Positions 1 to 9,266 of a stretch of DNA of 64,000 nucleotides are shown here, in pieces; within the stretch, counting starts at the first letter, position 1; each line of letters starts with the position of its first letter. The position numbers and the translations under genes were made by a program. The notes under the pieces are model-generated. The model was not told the DNA's origin. It did no database searches and saw nothing but the letters and a program-made list of their open reading frames with translations. Source of the stretch: Candidatus Aenigmatarchaeota archaeon (GTDB lineage: Archaea > Aenigmatarchaeota > Aenigmatarchaeia > CG10238-14 > SCSR01); NCBI GenBank assembly GCA_016181005.1, contig JACPAE010000001.1:179885-243884 (forward strand), in the 5' to 3' direction.

Positions 1-90
1 GAAATATGGATCAAAAGAATGAGTGTAACCAAAAAAGTCTGATCTAACTTTAGGTAAAATACTACTCATAAAGACTCTCTCATAAATTAG

Positions 91-194
91 TGGACTGGTG
101 GGGATTTGAACCCCAGGCCTTCTGCTTCAGCGACCTCTATGCCATCTGCGGAATCACTCTATGCAGACGATCTACCAGACTGATCTACCAGCCC
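91..194 (-). tRNA. Intron-containing tRNA with Ala-type identity elements (G3:U70, A73). About 30 extra nt lie in the anticodon arm. Anticodon unresolved: GGC if two short insertions flank the loop, CTG if one non-canonical intron at 33/34.
   Basis: Minus strand reads GGGCTGG-TA-GATC-AGTCTGGTA-GATC-G-TCTGC-[37 nt]-GCAGA-AGGCC-TGGGG-TTCAAAT-CCCCA-CCAGTCC-A. The backbone closely resembles archaeal tRNA-Ala. A direct repeat GCATAGAG occurs twice inside the insertion. Confidence 0.6.
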
Positions 195-603
195 ATATAT
201 CTAATTGGAGAAAATAAAATTAACCTTTCTTCAACTTGGCCCACTTTAATTTCTTCCTATCCCTTCCCATCTTAAAACTCTTCCCACACTTGGAACTGCA
301 CCAATAGCTTACGTTGCCGGTTGGTCCAACAAACATCTTTCCAGTTCCCCTAGCAATGTTGGAATTGCAGAATGAACATTTCATCCTAATTACCTGGCTT
401 CCATCTTTCCGGCTGACTCCATCTCAGTCTCTCTTAGCATAAGAACGTCCTTTATCCTAATCGGACCAATTACATTCCTAGTCAAAATCTTTCCCCTGTC
501 TGGTCCATCCATCACCCTGCATCTTACCTGCATCACACCCTTAACACCAGTCCTGCCCATCAATTGCAATACCTCGGCCGGGTAAGATTCTCCTGCCATT
601 CAA

Positions 604-972
604 TCACTTCTTCAGAGCCTCGATGCCCTTTACAATCTCTTTTACAAGATCGTCGCCTTCACCGGCGTCGACAATGCAAATAGCGGACGACTGCACATCC
701 AGTCCGGCAGCCCTTCCCAGCTCGGTCTTCATAGGAACATAGATGTAAGGTATTCTCTTCTCGTCGCACAGCGCTGGCAAATGCATGACAATCTCTTCAG
801 GATCAACATCAGAAGCTATCACCAAGAGTCTCGCATTGCCCCTCTCGACCGCCTTTGTGCTTTCATTCACACCTTTTCTTATCTTCCCGGTGTTCCTCGC
901 TGCCTCCACAGCCTGCAATGTCTTTTCACCCAGCTCCTTTGACACCTCGAACCTAACATATGATTTCGGCAT
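604..972 (-). CDS. rpl7ae: Ribosomal protein L7Ae
   Basis: 122 aa with the typical L7Ae core [19 protein letters not shown]...[14 protein letters not shown]. Stop codon is TGA. Confidence 0.9.
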   Translation of the reverse strand: MPKSYVRFEVSKELGEKTLQAVEAARNTGKIRKGVNESTKAVERGNARLLVIASDVDPEEIVMHLPALCDEKRIPYIYVPMKTELGRAAGLDVQSSAICIVDAGEGDDLVKEIVKGIEALKK

Positions 973-991
973 ACTACCACATCCTCTATTT

Positions 992-2653
992 CTATTTATG
1001 CGTAAAGTATAAAACAGTTTCCCTACCTTGTTTGTTCACTCTTGCAAAGCCGATTCTTGGAAACTGCACCAATGAGCCGACCTTCAACTTTTTAATACTG
1101 GGCTCGGCAACACCCTTTACAACCTTACCGTCAGGCATCACCACCTTGATTTTCGCATTCGGTCCCGAAACCCAGTGGATTTTCTGGATATCATACTTGA
1201 CATTCTCCGATGTCACCACCGAATTCTTGTCCAGTTTTGCCGAAAACAGGTTCATAAAGCCGACTTCCCTTCCTTTAAAATTCCTATAATCCTCCTCTTC
1301 CACGTAAATCGCATTCGTATCCACATGAATTCTTCTTCTCCCTCTTCCGGGAAAATCAGGGTGCAACTGGGCTTCGACAGTTCTTGGTTTCGAGTTCTTT
1401 ACGGAAATTTTCACAGGATTCAAAACAGCAAAATACCTGTTTGCCTTCGAGTCTATCAATTTCCTGTTATCCGCATAAAGAATCTCCACAGGCATCTTAA
1501 CATCAGCTAAACTTAGCCCCATGTTAATTATAAAATTCCTAATGGCATGAGGTTGAACGCCTCTTTTCTCCAATGACTTGAGGCTCCAAGTTCTTGCGTC
1601 ATCCCATCCACTATAAACTTTCCTTTCAATTAACTTTCTAGATTCTGTTTTACTCAGCCTTACGCCTTCTAAGTTAAGAATTCCATAATGCAAAATTTCC
1701 GGCTTATTCCATCCCATCGCATTCCAAATAAACTCCTCCATCATGTCTTCTATAACCAAATCCTTCCCGCGCAATATGTGTGTCACACCCAGCATATGAT
1801 CATCAACAGCCCAAGAGAATTCTAGCATCGGCCACACTTTATATCTTTTTCCAACTCGGGGATGCCTCCTTTCTGCAACCCTAAACAAAACTCTATCCCT
1901 AAATGCAGGGTTAGGATGCTGCATGTCCGTTTTTAATCTTAAAGTCACTTTCCCCTCTTTGTACCTACCATTTAACATCTTTTTCCATTTCTCAGTATTC
2001 CTTTCGCTTGTCTGTTCTCTGTGTTTGCAGACAACTCCGTTAGCTCTATTATCGCGCAAAGTTTTTGCATCACATTCACAAACGTAGGCAATATTTTTCT
2101 TTATCAAATCTTCTGCGAGTTTGTAGAAAATTTTAATTCTATCTGATTTGTAAACTATTTTGTGATATTTAACACCCAGCCATTTCAAGTCGTCTGTTAT
2201 CATTTTGTAAGCTTCTGGAATTATGAACTTCTCCTCGCTCCCTATCGTGTCGTCAAAAACAAGCAGAAGCCTTCCTTTGTAGCGCTTCACGTATTCGTCA
2301 TTCAAAATGGCCATTCTAGCGTTTCCTATATGCAATGGACCGGACGGATACGGCGCAAGCCTCATCACGACCTTCCCTTTCGCATTCGGAAGTTCAGGCA
2401 GCCCAGTTTCAACAATTTTCTTCTCCTCCAGCCTTACCCCCAGCTTGCCCAAAAGATTTCTCTGCTCCTCCAACGTCTGCGAGTTCACATCGTCTACTAT
2501 TTTCTTTACCTCTGCAACAACTTGAGAGATATCTGACTTGAGCGACGGCTCCTCTGCAAGGACCTTCCCTATCACGGCCTTGACTTCCGCCTTGCCTCCA
2601 TACTCAACCGCATTTAGAAGAGCATGCTTGTAAATTACATCCCTCATATCCAA
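992..2653 (-). CDS. gltX: Glutamyl-tRNA synthetase, archaeal class I
   Basis: 553 aa. HIGH motif present ([17 protein letters not shown]) and a KMSKS-like [10 protein letters not shown]. Ends with tandem stops TAG-AAA-TAG. Confidence 0.88.
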   Translation of the reverse strand: MDMRDVIYKHALLNAVEYGGKAEVKAVIGKVLAEEPSLKSDISQVVAEVKKIVDDVNSQTLEEQRNLLGKLGVRLEEKKIVETGLPELPNAKGKVVMRLAPYPSGPLHIGNARMAILNDEYVKRYKGRLLLVFDDTIGSEEKFIIPEAYKMITDDLKWLGVKYHKIVYKSDRIKIFYKLAEDLIKKNIAYVCECDAKTLRDNRANGVVCKHREQTSERNTEKWKKMLNGRYKEGKVTLRLKTDMQHPNPAFRDRVLFRVAERRHPRVGKRYKVWPMLEFSWAVDDHMLGVTHILRGKDLVIEDMMEEFIWNAMGWNKPEILHYGILNLEGVRLSKTESRKLIERKVYSGWDDARTWSLKSLEKRGVQPHAIRNFIINMGLSLADVKMPVEILYADNRKLIDSKANRYFAVLNPVKISVKNSKPRTVEAQLHPDFPGRGRRRIHVDTNAIYVEEEDYRNFKGREVGFMNLFSAKLDKNSVVTSENVKYDIQKIHWVSGPNAKIKVVMPDGKVVKGVAEPSIKKLKVGSLVQFPRIGFARVNKQGRETVLYFTHK

Positions 2654-2669
2654 TTAGAGAATTGGTAAG

Positions 2670-3500
2670 CTAATAAAATATTACAGATGCATAGCCTGTG
2701 ACCGGCAGCATTGTCTCGTCTATGTCGGCGGACGTGCCGTAGCCTACTACCCTACCCCTTTTCGCACCCATCTCCTTTGCGGCAAAAATAGTCGTGGCAA
2801 TAGCACCATACCCACACACTCCTTTATTTTCACCCTTCACCCTGCTGAACAAGTCCTTGCAGTCCAGCTTTGTTATACTTTTGAAGAGTTGTCTGTCCGC
2901 AATTTCAACGAATTCCTTCTGTGCGGCCTTGGAAAGGTCAGAACTGCCTATGATTTTCCACCCGCCCATGGCCTTGGCAAGCTTCCCAATCATCCTCCCG
3001 ACAGCTCTGCAGTTCTCAAGGAATTCCTTGTCCGGCAATTGGTCGTTCACTGCAATAGGTAGCATCTTGAACTCCCCAATTTTGTGCAGCAGAAACGGGA
3101 GCTGTACCTCTATCGAGTACTCCTGTTCGTGTGCAAACGCGTCGAACTCCACCATTCCACTTTCCTTCAGCAACCTGTCCGCAAAAAAATCATCAACCAC
3201 AACCTCTCCAATAGGAGTCTTCCACAAACAGTTCCTCATCGTGGTAAAAGCAGAGCCGTATGCGGCATGGTTGCTGCCTATGATTACAAAATTCGACTGG
3301 TCCACAGCGGAATAAAATTCCGTGGCCACTTTCCCGGAGTATATGTATGACGAATGCGGAACCAATGCCGCAACTACCCTCTCCTTCAGCTTTTTTGTCT
3401 TTGCATTCTCTAGAAAATAATCCAGCTGCTTCCTCAAATTGTCTGGATTTAGGTCATAAAGCATGCCTGCTGCGATTGGAGATCTGAGTATCACTACCAT
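2670..3500 (-). CDS. MEMO1/AmmeMemoRadiSam-B family protein
   Basis: 276 aa. VPHSSYIYSGKVA resembles the MEMO HAGYxYSG motif. Stop codon is TAG. Confidence 0.5.
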   Translation of the reverse strand: MVVILRSPIAAGMLYDLNPDNLRKQLDYFLENAKTKKLKERVVAALVPHSSYIYSGKVATEFYSAVDQSNFVIIGSNHAAYGSAFTTMRNCLWKTPIGEVVVDDFFADRLLKESGMVEFDAFAHEQEYSIEVQLPFLLHKIGEFKMLPIAVNDQLPDKEFLENCRAVGRMIGKLAKAMGGWKIIGSSDLSKAAQKEFVEIADRQLFKSITKLDCKDLFSRVKGENKGVCGYGAIATTIFAAKEMGAKRGRVVGYGTSADIDETMLPVTGYASVIFY

Positions 3501-3621
3501 TGAATTAAACTTGGCGCGTCAGAAATTAATCTTTAACACTAGCATTCCAAAGTATGTCTTTTTAAATAAATGAATAAGTATAAATATTTTACAGGGGAAC
3601 TTTAATTAAGGGTGCGATGTC

Positions 3622-3906
3622 TTGGCAATAAAACAAAAATTCGGTCCGAAACTTTTTTTCAGACTAAAGCCTGTGAAAATGCTGACATCGCTCAAGTCCG
3701 GCCCTAAATACGCGACCATAATATCAAAGGAAACTGACTGCACCTATTCCCACACTGTCAAGCTGCTGGATATGTTCCAGGAATACGGCCTTGTCGACTT
3801 TGAGAAGAAGGGAAGGATAAAAATAGTCAAGCTCACAGACTTTGGAAATGAGGTTGCAAAAAACATGGACACGATTCTTACAAGCCTTGCCAAAGCTAGG
3901 GTGTAG
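3622..3906 (+). CDS. Small winged-helix DNA-binding protein
   Basis: 94 aa. Pattern LKSGPKYATIISKETDCTYSHTVKLLDMFQEYGLVDFEKKGRIKIVKLTDFG is typical of small archaeal wHTH regulators. Confidence 0.45.
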   Translation: MAIKQKFGPKLFFRLKPVKMLTSLKSGPKYATIISKETDCTYSHTVKLLDMFQEYGLVDFEKKGRIKIVKLTDFGNEVAKNMDTILTSLAKARV

Positions 3907-3913
3907 TGTCAAC

Positions 3914-4144
3914 ATGCCGGAGAACAAAGGTAAACTTTTGAAGGAGTATGAGAAGATGATAAGAGAGCCCGGCAAGTACACCGAGGAGCAGTTCCAGGAA
4001 ATAGAGAAAGAGCTCAGCGAGGATGTGCATGAGACTTCCGAGGGCCTTGGTATAGAGGATGAAGAGAAAAAAGGCGAAGAGGCTTACCCTGAAATAGCGG
4101 ACTCGATAAAGAAAGAAGCTGACGAAGAAGAGGATGAGGATTAG
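3914..4144 (+). CDS. Small acidic protein (hypothetical)
   Basis: ATG at about 3914 gives a 76-aa ORF with a poly-acidic C-terminus EEEDED. It overlaps the listed 100-aa ORF in the same frame. Confidence 0.3.
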   Translation: MPENKGKLLKEYEKMIREPGKYTEEQFQEIEKELSEDVHETSEGLGIEDEEKKGEEAYPEIADSIKKEADEEEDED

Positions 4145-4148
4145 CGGA

Positions 4149-5069
4149 TTAACTCAACAGTTCCAAGCTTTTCATCCCTTTCGCATACCATTCCTTCAGT
4201 TGCTCTTCAGTATAAAGCTCATATTCCTGCGAGAGGTATCTTGCATGCCCTGTTAGCCTGTCGACAATCGGGCCAGGTACACCAGCAGATATCATCTGCG
4301 TTTTGAAATATTTCCTCAGAGAATGTGCATGGAGTTCATACCTCTTCCCGATCTTCTTGCTCACCTTCCTGAAGACATTGTGCAGAATGAACTGCAGGTT
4401 CTGGTAACTCATCTGGCTTCCATCATGCGTTGCGAATAAATGTGCATCAGGGCCGAGCTGGTGTCCGTTGTTCTTCCTGTGATCCATGTAAGACTGCAGT
4501 ACTTTCTTCGCCTCTTCCGACATGAAAGTAAGCCTTGATTTCCTTTCCTTAGCTGTCAATCCCTTCACCCTGACGGTTGCAGGCGAAGAGTTTAGGTCTA
4601 CATCAGACAATTTAAGATTTCTCAACTCACCGATTCTGAGCCCGGAAGAAGCAAGCATTAAAATTATGGTCTTTGCCCTTGAGCTGGAGTGCGACAGAAC
4701 GTTCTTCAAGTCAACTTTTGACGGCAGCGTATCCTCATGTACATTATACATCTTCATAGTCACTTTTCCCTTCAAGTCTATTCCGTTTGACAGGAAAAGC
4801 TTCTTCACCGATGCACCCCAAGCACCTACGGTCTTAGGCGCCATGTTCTGGTTCGCAAGCGCAATTACAAAATCCTTGTAAGTCTCTTCCGGGTCCAGCG
4901 ATTTCTCCCGCAACTTCTCCACAAAACCGTCAAGGTCATCAATCTTCATTGTCTTGGCAAAAAGGTTAACGCCCTTTAGATATGTCTTGGCGGTGTTGTC
5001 GCTCCTCGTTAGAAGCTTTAGCTCACCAAGCATCTTGTTCACAGAGTTGAACTTCATTAGATGTTCCAT
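4149..5069 (-). CDS. xerA: Tyrosine recombinase, XerA-like integrase family
   Basis: 306 aa with catalytic R...HxxR...Y pattern (LRIGELRNL; HAHSLRKYF; LTGHARYLSQEY). Confidence 0.75.
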   Translation of the reverse strand: MEHLMKFNSVNKMLGELKLLTRSDNTAKTYLKGVNLFAKTMKIDDLDGFVEKLREKSLDPEETYKDFVIALANQNMAPKTVGAWGASVKKLFLSNGIDLKGKVTMKMYNVHEDTLPSKVDLKNVLSHSSSRAKTIILMLASSGLRIGELRNLKLSDVDLNSSPATVRVKGLTAKERKSRLTFMSEEAKKVLQSYMDHRKNNGHQLGPDAHLFATHDGSQMSYQNLQFILHNVFRKVSKKIGKRYELHAHSLRKYFKTQMISAGVPGPIVDRLTGHARYLSQEYELYTEEQLKEWYAKGMKSLELLS

Positions 5070-5097
5070 GATACCACTATGTCAACTTAAGAATTTA

Positions 5098-5817
5098 TCA
5101 CTTCTCATTCCTGTCGCACTTGCTCCTGTACTCGCACATGTTGCACATCCAGTTCATATCGTCATTCCTCTTCGCCTCGTCTATCGGCAGGACGTCCTTT
5201 ACCAAAAGCTCGTGCAAGACTCTGAACCTTTTAATGATGTCCATGCTGTGCATTTCGTCATACGGTATTTCAAATGCCCTTGTCTTCAAGTTCTTCTTGT
5301 CTATGTAGAGTATGATTCCGTCCTTGATCCCTGTGGCATGCATGTAGAACTGCAGCTGCATAACGTGGTTCTTGTTGGCTGTATCAGCCCTTCTTATGTC
5401 CGCAACTGACTTCACCTCGATTATCATCTTCCTTCCGTCCTCAACGGCTATGACAACGTCGTCAAGCCTGCCCGAGACCATGAAATCCTTAAAGTCCTTC
5501 TTTATCGGAATCTCAGACTCGAGAAACTTTATCTTGTCCGCATTCTTCTCGTTCTTGAAGACATGCATCACAAAATCATGCAGAAGGTTGCCAACCTCGA
5601 AAATCTTCAGCCTGTCCGGGTCAGTTTCCATCGGATGCTTGTAGGAATACCAAACCTTCCTTATGCAGTTGCCGATCTCCGAAGGATAGTATCTTCCTAT
5701 CTCTTTCGGCTTCCTTTCCCTTTTGATGTGCGCCTCTATGAGCTTGTCAAAGTCTATGATGGAAACACCTACTATAATTAGAATGCGACATTCACATAAA
5801 GCTGACCAGAGCCCATT
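5098..5817 (-). CDS. Cas4-like PD-(D/E)XK nuclease with Fe-S cysteine cluster. No canonical start codon; start unresolved.
   Basis: Nuclease motif DDVVIAVEDGRKMIIEVKS. C-terminal Cys triad WMCNMCEYRSKC. The N-terminal Cys (YYPSEIGNCIRKVWY) lies upstream of the first ATG at 5629-5631. The frame is open back to the TFS stop at 5821-5823. Confidence 0.55.
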   Translation of the reverse strand, partial: NGLWSALCECRILIIVGVSIIDFDKLIEAHIKRERKPKEIGRYYPSEIGNCIRKVWYSYKHPMETDPDRLKIFEVGNLLHDFVMHVFKNEKNADKIKFLESEIPIKKDFKDFMVSGRLDDVVIAVEDGRKMIIEVKSVADIRRADTANKNHVMQLQFYMHATGIKDGIILYIDKKNLKTRAFEIPYDEMHSMDIIKRFRVLHELLVKDVLPIDEAKRNDDMNWMCNMCEYRSKCDRNEK

Positions 5818-5820
5818 TCC

Positions 5821-6144
5821 CTAACTGTATTCCCGCCATCTCCAGCTGCATTCCTTGCATTGGTAGAACCTTGTCGGCGGCTCGTCACCTCCCCTTGTCT
5901 GCTGCATCGTCCAGTATGCGTCCCTTATAACGCCGCACTTTGGGCACAGGATTTGCGTAACAGGAAACTCCTCCTTCTCATCCTCTACAACTATGACCTC
6001 CTTCTTCTCAATCTTCCTGGTGTCCGACAATTCCAGCTTTTCGTTCAACCTCGTTTTGTTTCCGCACGAGCGGCAATAAAGAAACTTTGCACTGAATTCA
6101 GTCTTCACATTCATCAGGTTCCCGCATTTGTCACAGAATTTCAT
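5821..6144 (-). CDS. tfs: Transcription factor S (TFIIS-like cleavage factor)
   Basis: 107 aa. N-terminal zinc ribbon CDKCGN...CRSCG and C-terminal CPKCG...QQTRGGDEPPT...CKECSW. Confidence 0.85.
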   Translation of the reverse strand: MKFCDKCGNLMNVKTEFSAKFLYCRSCGNKTRLNEKLELSDTRKIEKKEVIVVEDEKEEFPVTQILCPKCGVIRDAYWTMQQTRGGDEPPTRFYQCKECSWRWREYS

Positions 6145-6348
6145 AGATTGAATAATAGCAGAAAGGATATATTAGGTATGGTGATAGTAAAGCGGGGCTT
6201 CCGATGGCTCCTTTACACCAAAGATAGAAAGAGGGTTCTGGGCAAGTTCAGGGCAAAGAAGGATGCACTGAAGAGGGAGAGGCAGATAATATTTTTCAAG
6301 TATGCCAAAGGCAGGAAATGATTTAAAGAGCGACTTGCATTTATTTTC

Positions 6349-6894
6349 ATGGCTATGGAGTCGCAGGCAAAGCTCAAGACCGGAGACAAAGCACCTGGTT
6401 TCAGCCTGAAGGGAGTCGACGGAAAGAATTATTCCTCAAGTGATTTTTCAGACTCGGAAGGCCTGCTGGTTGTTTTCATGTGCAACCACTGCCCTTATGT
6501 AAAGGCAAGACTTGACGCAATAATTGGCCTGCAAAATAAATTCGGCGGAAAAGTTTCGATCGTTGGGATAAACAGCAACGACCCGAATTACGAGGGCGAA
6601 GGCTTTGAGAACATGGAGAAATTCGCAAAGGAGCGCGGCATAAACTTTCCTTATCTTTTCGACGAGACTCAAGAGGTTGCCAAATCCTACGGGGCCACGT
6701 GCACTCCGGACCCGTTCCTTTTCGACAAATCCATGAAGTTGGTGTATCACGGCAGGATTAATGATGCCCTCACTTTAGACGGCGAGCCTAAGGAAGACAT
6801 AATGGAAGACAACATGAACAAGCTTCTGAAAGGAGAGGAGATTGCAGAGGATTTCCTTCCGTCTATGGGATGCTCAATCAAATGGAGGCAATAA
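6349..6894 (+). CDS. Thioredoxin-fold redoxin-family protein
   Basis: 181 aa with a CxxC active site (CNHCPY) in a redoxin context. Confidence 0.65.
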   Translation: MAMESQAKLKTGDKAPGFSLKGVDGKNYSSSDFSDSEGLLVVFMCNHCPYVKARLDAIIGLQNKFGGKVSIVGINSNDPNYEGEGFENMEKFAKERGINFPYLFDETQEVAKSYGATCTPDPFLFDKSMKLVYHGRINDALTLDGEPKEDIMEDNMNKLLKGEEIAEDFLPSMGCSIKWRQ

Positions 6895-7111
6895 AGAATA
6901 AAATGTCCCCGGCCGAGGGACAAAAATCTTGGCTTACGCCAAGTTAGTTTCTAAGAAACCACTATCGCTTTCTTGATTTCTTAGCGCTTCTTTTAGCCAC
7001 TTACTTTCACCTCTTGGTCACCAGAAACAAAGTTTTGGAAAACCATGCTTCCAGCATCTATATCACTATAGAGTGGTTAAACTTTAAATATCTTTCGGTA
7101 AATCGATAAAA

Positions 7112-7975
7112 CTATATTACATGCCTGGAATTGATTAAATTCATCCTTCCAGTTTCATCATCAGAAAAAATAAGTGTGCCACTCGAATCTCTTCTTTCCG
7201 GATTAAATCCAAGAGCATTCGCTAGCCTTTCAATTTCTCCAAGCATAGTTGCATGCGAAATACTTACACGACCGTTATTTTTCGTTCCTTGGCTTGCTAG
7301 AATAACATCAAAAGCAGATTGCTGCAAATCAGGATTTAATTGAGACAATACTTGTGAATATCCCAAGTCTTCCATAAGCCATGTGTATACTGCTTTGGAC
7401 CTTACTGCAACTTGTGGATATTCCGCAGAAGTTCTTTTTCTGAATACAGTTGACCTGATGTTATGAACACTCCTTATCCTAGGTACAACAAAGTTCTCAT
7501 AAAAATCAAAATCATCGCTTTTGCCACTCAACTGTATAGTGTACCTATCGTCCTTTGCTAATGGTGCACCATCCATTAAGTAAACCATAAGAAGCTCAAC
7601 AGCCTCTGAAGTGAGTTCAAGAGGGAGCCTAACCCCTTGAAACCAGTCTTTTCTTGACGGTTGGAATTTTCCCCATTTCTTCCTCTCCTCAACAAAAGGG
7701 ATGTCACCTGTAATTTCATACCTCAGCAAAACTATAACCGGCGTACTCAAGCCGTATTTACATTCAAAATATTCTAGTTCTTCTGCAAAATATCTCTTTA
7801 GTTTTTTGTGCACAATTTTAACAGTAAAGTCAACTTCTGAAGACAGGTTTTCGTAATTAATTGCCCTGGCATCACCACGTCTTTCATACAAAGATTTTGC
7901 AGCTGATATAAGGTCAGGTATTTGAAGTTCTCGCATTCTCCTAATAATATAATGAAGATTTAAGAAATTTAACAT
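7112..7975 (-). CDS. Hypothetical protein
   Basis: 287-aa ORF. No motif I can place confidently. Confidence 0.35.
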   Translation of the reverse strand: MLNFLNLHYIIRRMRELQIPDLISAAKSLYERRGDARAINYENLSSEVDFTVKIVHKKLKRYFAEELEYFECKYGLSTPVIVLLRYEITGDIPFVEERKKWGKFQPSRKDWFQGVRLPLELTSEAVELLMVYLMDGAPLAKDDRYTIQLSGKSDDFDFYENFVVPRIRSVHNIRSTVFRKRTSAEYPQVAVRSKAVYTWLMEDLGYSQVLSQLNPDLQQSAFDVILASQGTKNNGRVSISHATMLGEIERLANALGFNPERRDSSGTLIFSDDETGRMNLINSRHVI

Positions 7976-8016
7976 TAAAGCGAAGATTTAAATCCATTGA
8001 AACGAAAATTAAAGGA

Positions 8017-8169
8017 ATGGAAGCCTACTGCATGAAGTGCAAGACGAAGAGGGAAGTAAACAATCCCGAGGAGACTGTCACCGAAAAGAGAATAAGGATT
8101 ATGAAGGGCACGTGCACCGTCTGCGGGACGAAGGTCGCCAAGATTCTAGGAAAGGCCAAGCAGATTTAA
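8017..8169 (+). CDS. Small zinc-ribbon protein (DUF5679-like)
   Basis: 50-aa ORF MEAYCMKCKTKREV...GTCTVCGTKV with two CxxC pairs. Below the ORF-track size cutoff. Confidence 0.45.
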   Translation: MEAYCMKCKTKREVNNPEETVTEKRIRIMKGTCTVCGTKVAKILGKAKQI

Positions 8170-9155
8170 ACTAAAACTCCATTTCGGATACTTGCTCTGC
8201 TGGTGTGCCTTGAAACAGCCTGGTTGTAAAGGCTTTCCGCCATGAGAAATGTTCTATTAACATTTGGTTTACCTTCAACAAATCCTTCCGGAAGAGTGCC
8301 AAACCCTTTTCTCAACTCAACAGCTTTCCGGAAATAACTCTCATCGCCTGTAATCAAATAAACCAGCGGCCAGTACATCGACCATTCCATTTCATTGCCT
8401 TCACCAAGACTGTGATATAAACCATCCCACTTGTCACCTTTATACCTCTTTGCCCCGAACGTCCCTTCCAGCTCAGTCTTTGCCCTGTCCAGTATCTCGT
8501 CTCTTGCCCTGTCGTCAACGACCTGTTTTGGATAAAGCAGAAACAATAGGGCAAGGTCTACTTCCCTTGTCTCTGTCTCTCTCGGCAATAATCTATGTAA
8601 ATTGTCTTGTGCAGATTCGATCAAAGCATCAACATACCCATCTTCATTGAAAATCCTCTTATATGCAGACACGCCTCTTATTATAGAACCCAGAGTACTG
8701 CTTCTAAGCTGTCTAGGTCCTTCTTCCCAGATTCCGTAATCTGGGCATCTCCATGCTTCAATGCAACGTAAATAATCCAGCAACAATCTAGACCTTTCAT
8801 AGTCCCTCTCTTCTGAAACAAGTTCAAGCACGTTACTCGCGGCGTCAAGTTGGATCCACCCCCACTTTTCTCTGAATTCTTGCAAATCAAAGTTGTATCT
8901 AGGATGAAAAAACATCCACTCTTCTGTCGGCTTTACTTCAGCATGGTATTCTAATTTTTTCCTATGGTTATCAACGATTTTTTGAAATGCAACTATGACT
9001 TTTGACCTAGAATGTTCTGGAAGACCTAGACTAATCCAGTAATTGTCCCTCAGCCAGTAGGCAGTCATATCAGGATTCCTTGTATCGGCCGTAGCTGGGA
9101 ATAATCCATTCCCATGTTGATATTGTTCAATATTTGCCAGTCGAAAGTTTGGCAT
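8166..9155 (-). CDS. Glycoside hydrolase family 15-like protein (glucoamylase/trehalase-type catalytic domain only)
   Basis: 329 aa. YWLRDNYWISL and GIWEEG resemble GH15 catalytic motifs. No N-terminal beta-sandwich domain. Confidence 0.5.
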   Translation of the reverse strand: MPNFRLANIEQYQHGNGLFPATADTRNPDMTAYWLRDNYWISLGLPEHSRSKVIVAFQKIVDNHRKKLEYHAEVKPTEEWMFFHPRYNFDLQEFREKWGWIQLDAASNVLELVSEERDYERSRLLLDYLRCIEAWRCPDYGIWEEGPRQLRSSTLGSIIRGVSAYKRIFNEDGYVDALIESAQDNLHRLLPRETETREVDLALLFLLYPKQVVDDRARDEILDRAKTELEGTFGAKRYKGDKWDGLYHSLGEGNEMEWSMYWPLVYLITGDESYFRKAVELRKGFGTLPEGFVEGKPNVNRTFLMAESLYNQAVSRHTSRASIRNGVLV

Positions 9156-9266
9156 AGTGCTCCTACCAACTAATTAAACTTTGGTTTTTCCAGCTTAAAT
9201 CTTGTGTTTGTATTCGAAACACCAATTCGCTTTCCAATACAGGCAACTATCATATAAGATCGATGA

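Noticed and set aside
986-994. TAG-AAA-TAG tandem stop after gltX, considered as a hint of TAG suppression
   Set aside because: Tandem stops are common. MEMO-like and other genes also end in TAG with normal lengths, so TAG appears to be a genuine terminator at least in most contexts.
6904-6926. Palindrome TGTCCC-CGGCCGA-GGGACA between the convergent thioredoxin-like and 7112-7975 genes
   Set aside because: A single short hairpin. Archaeal terminators are mainly oligo-T tracts. Not distinctive enough to call a terminator.
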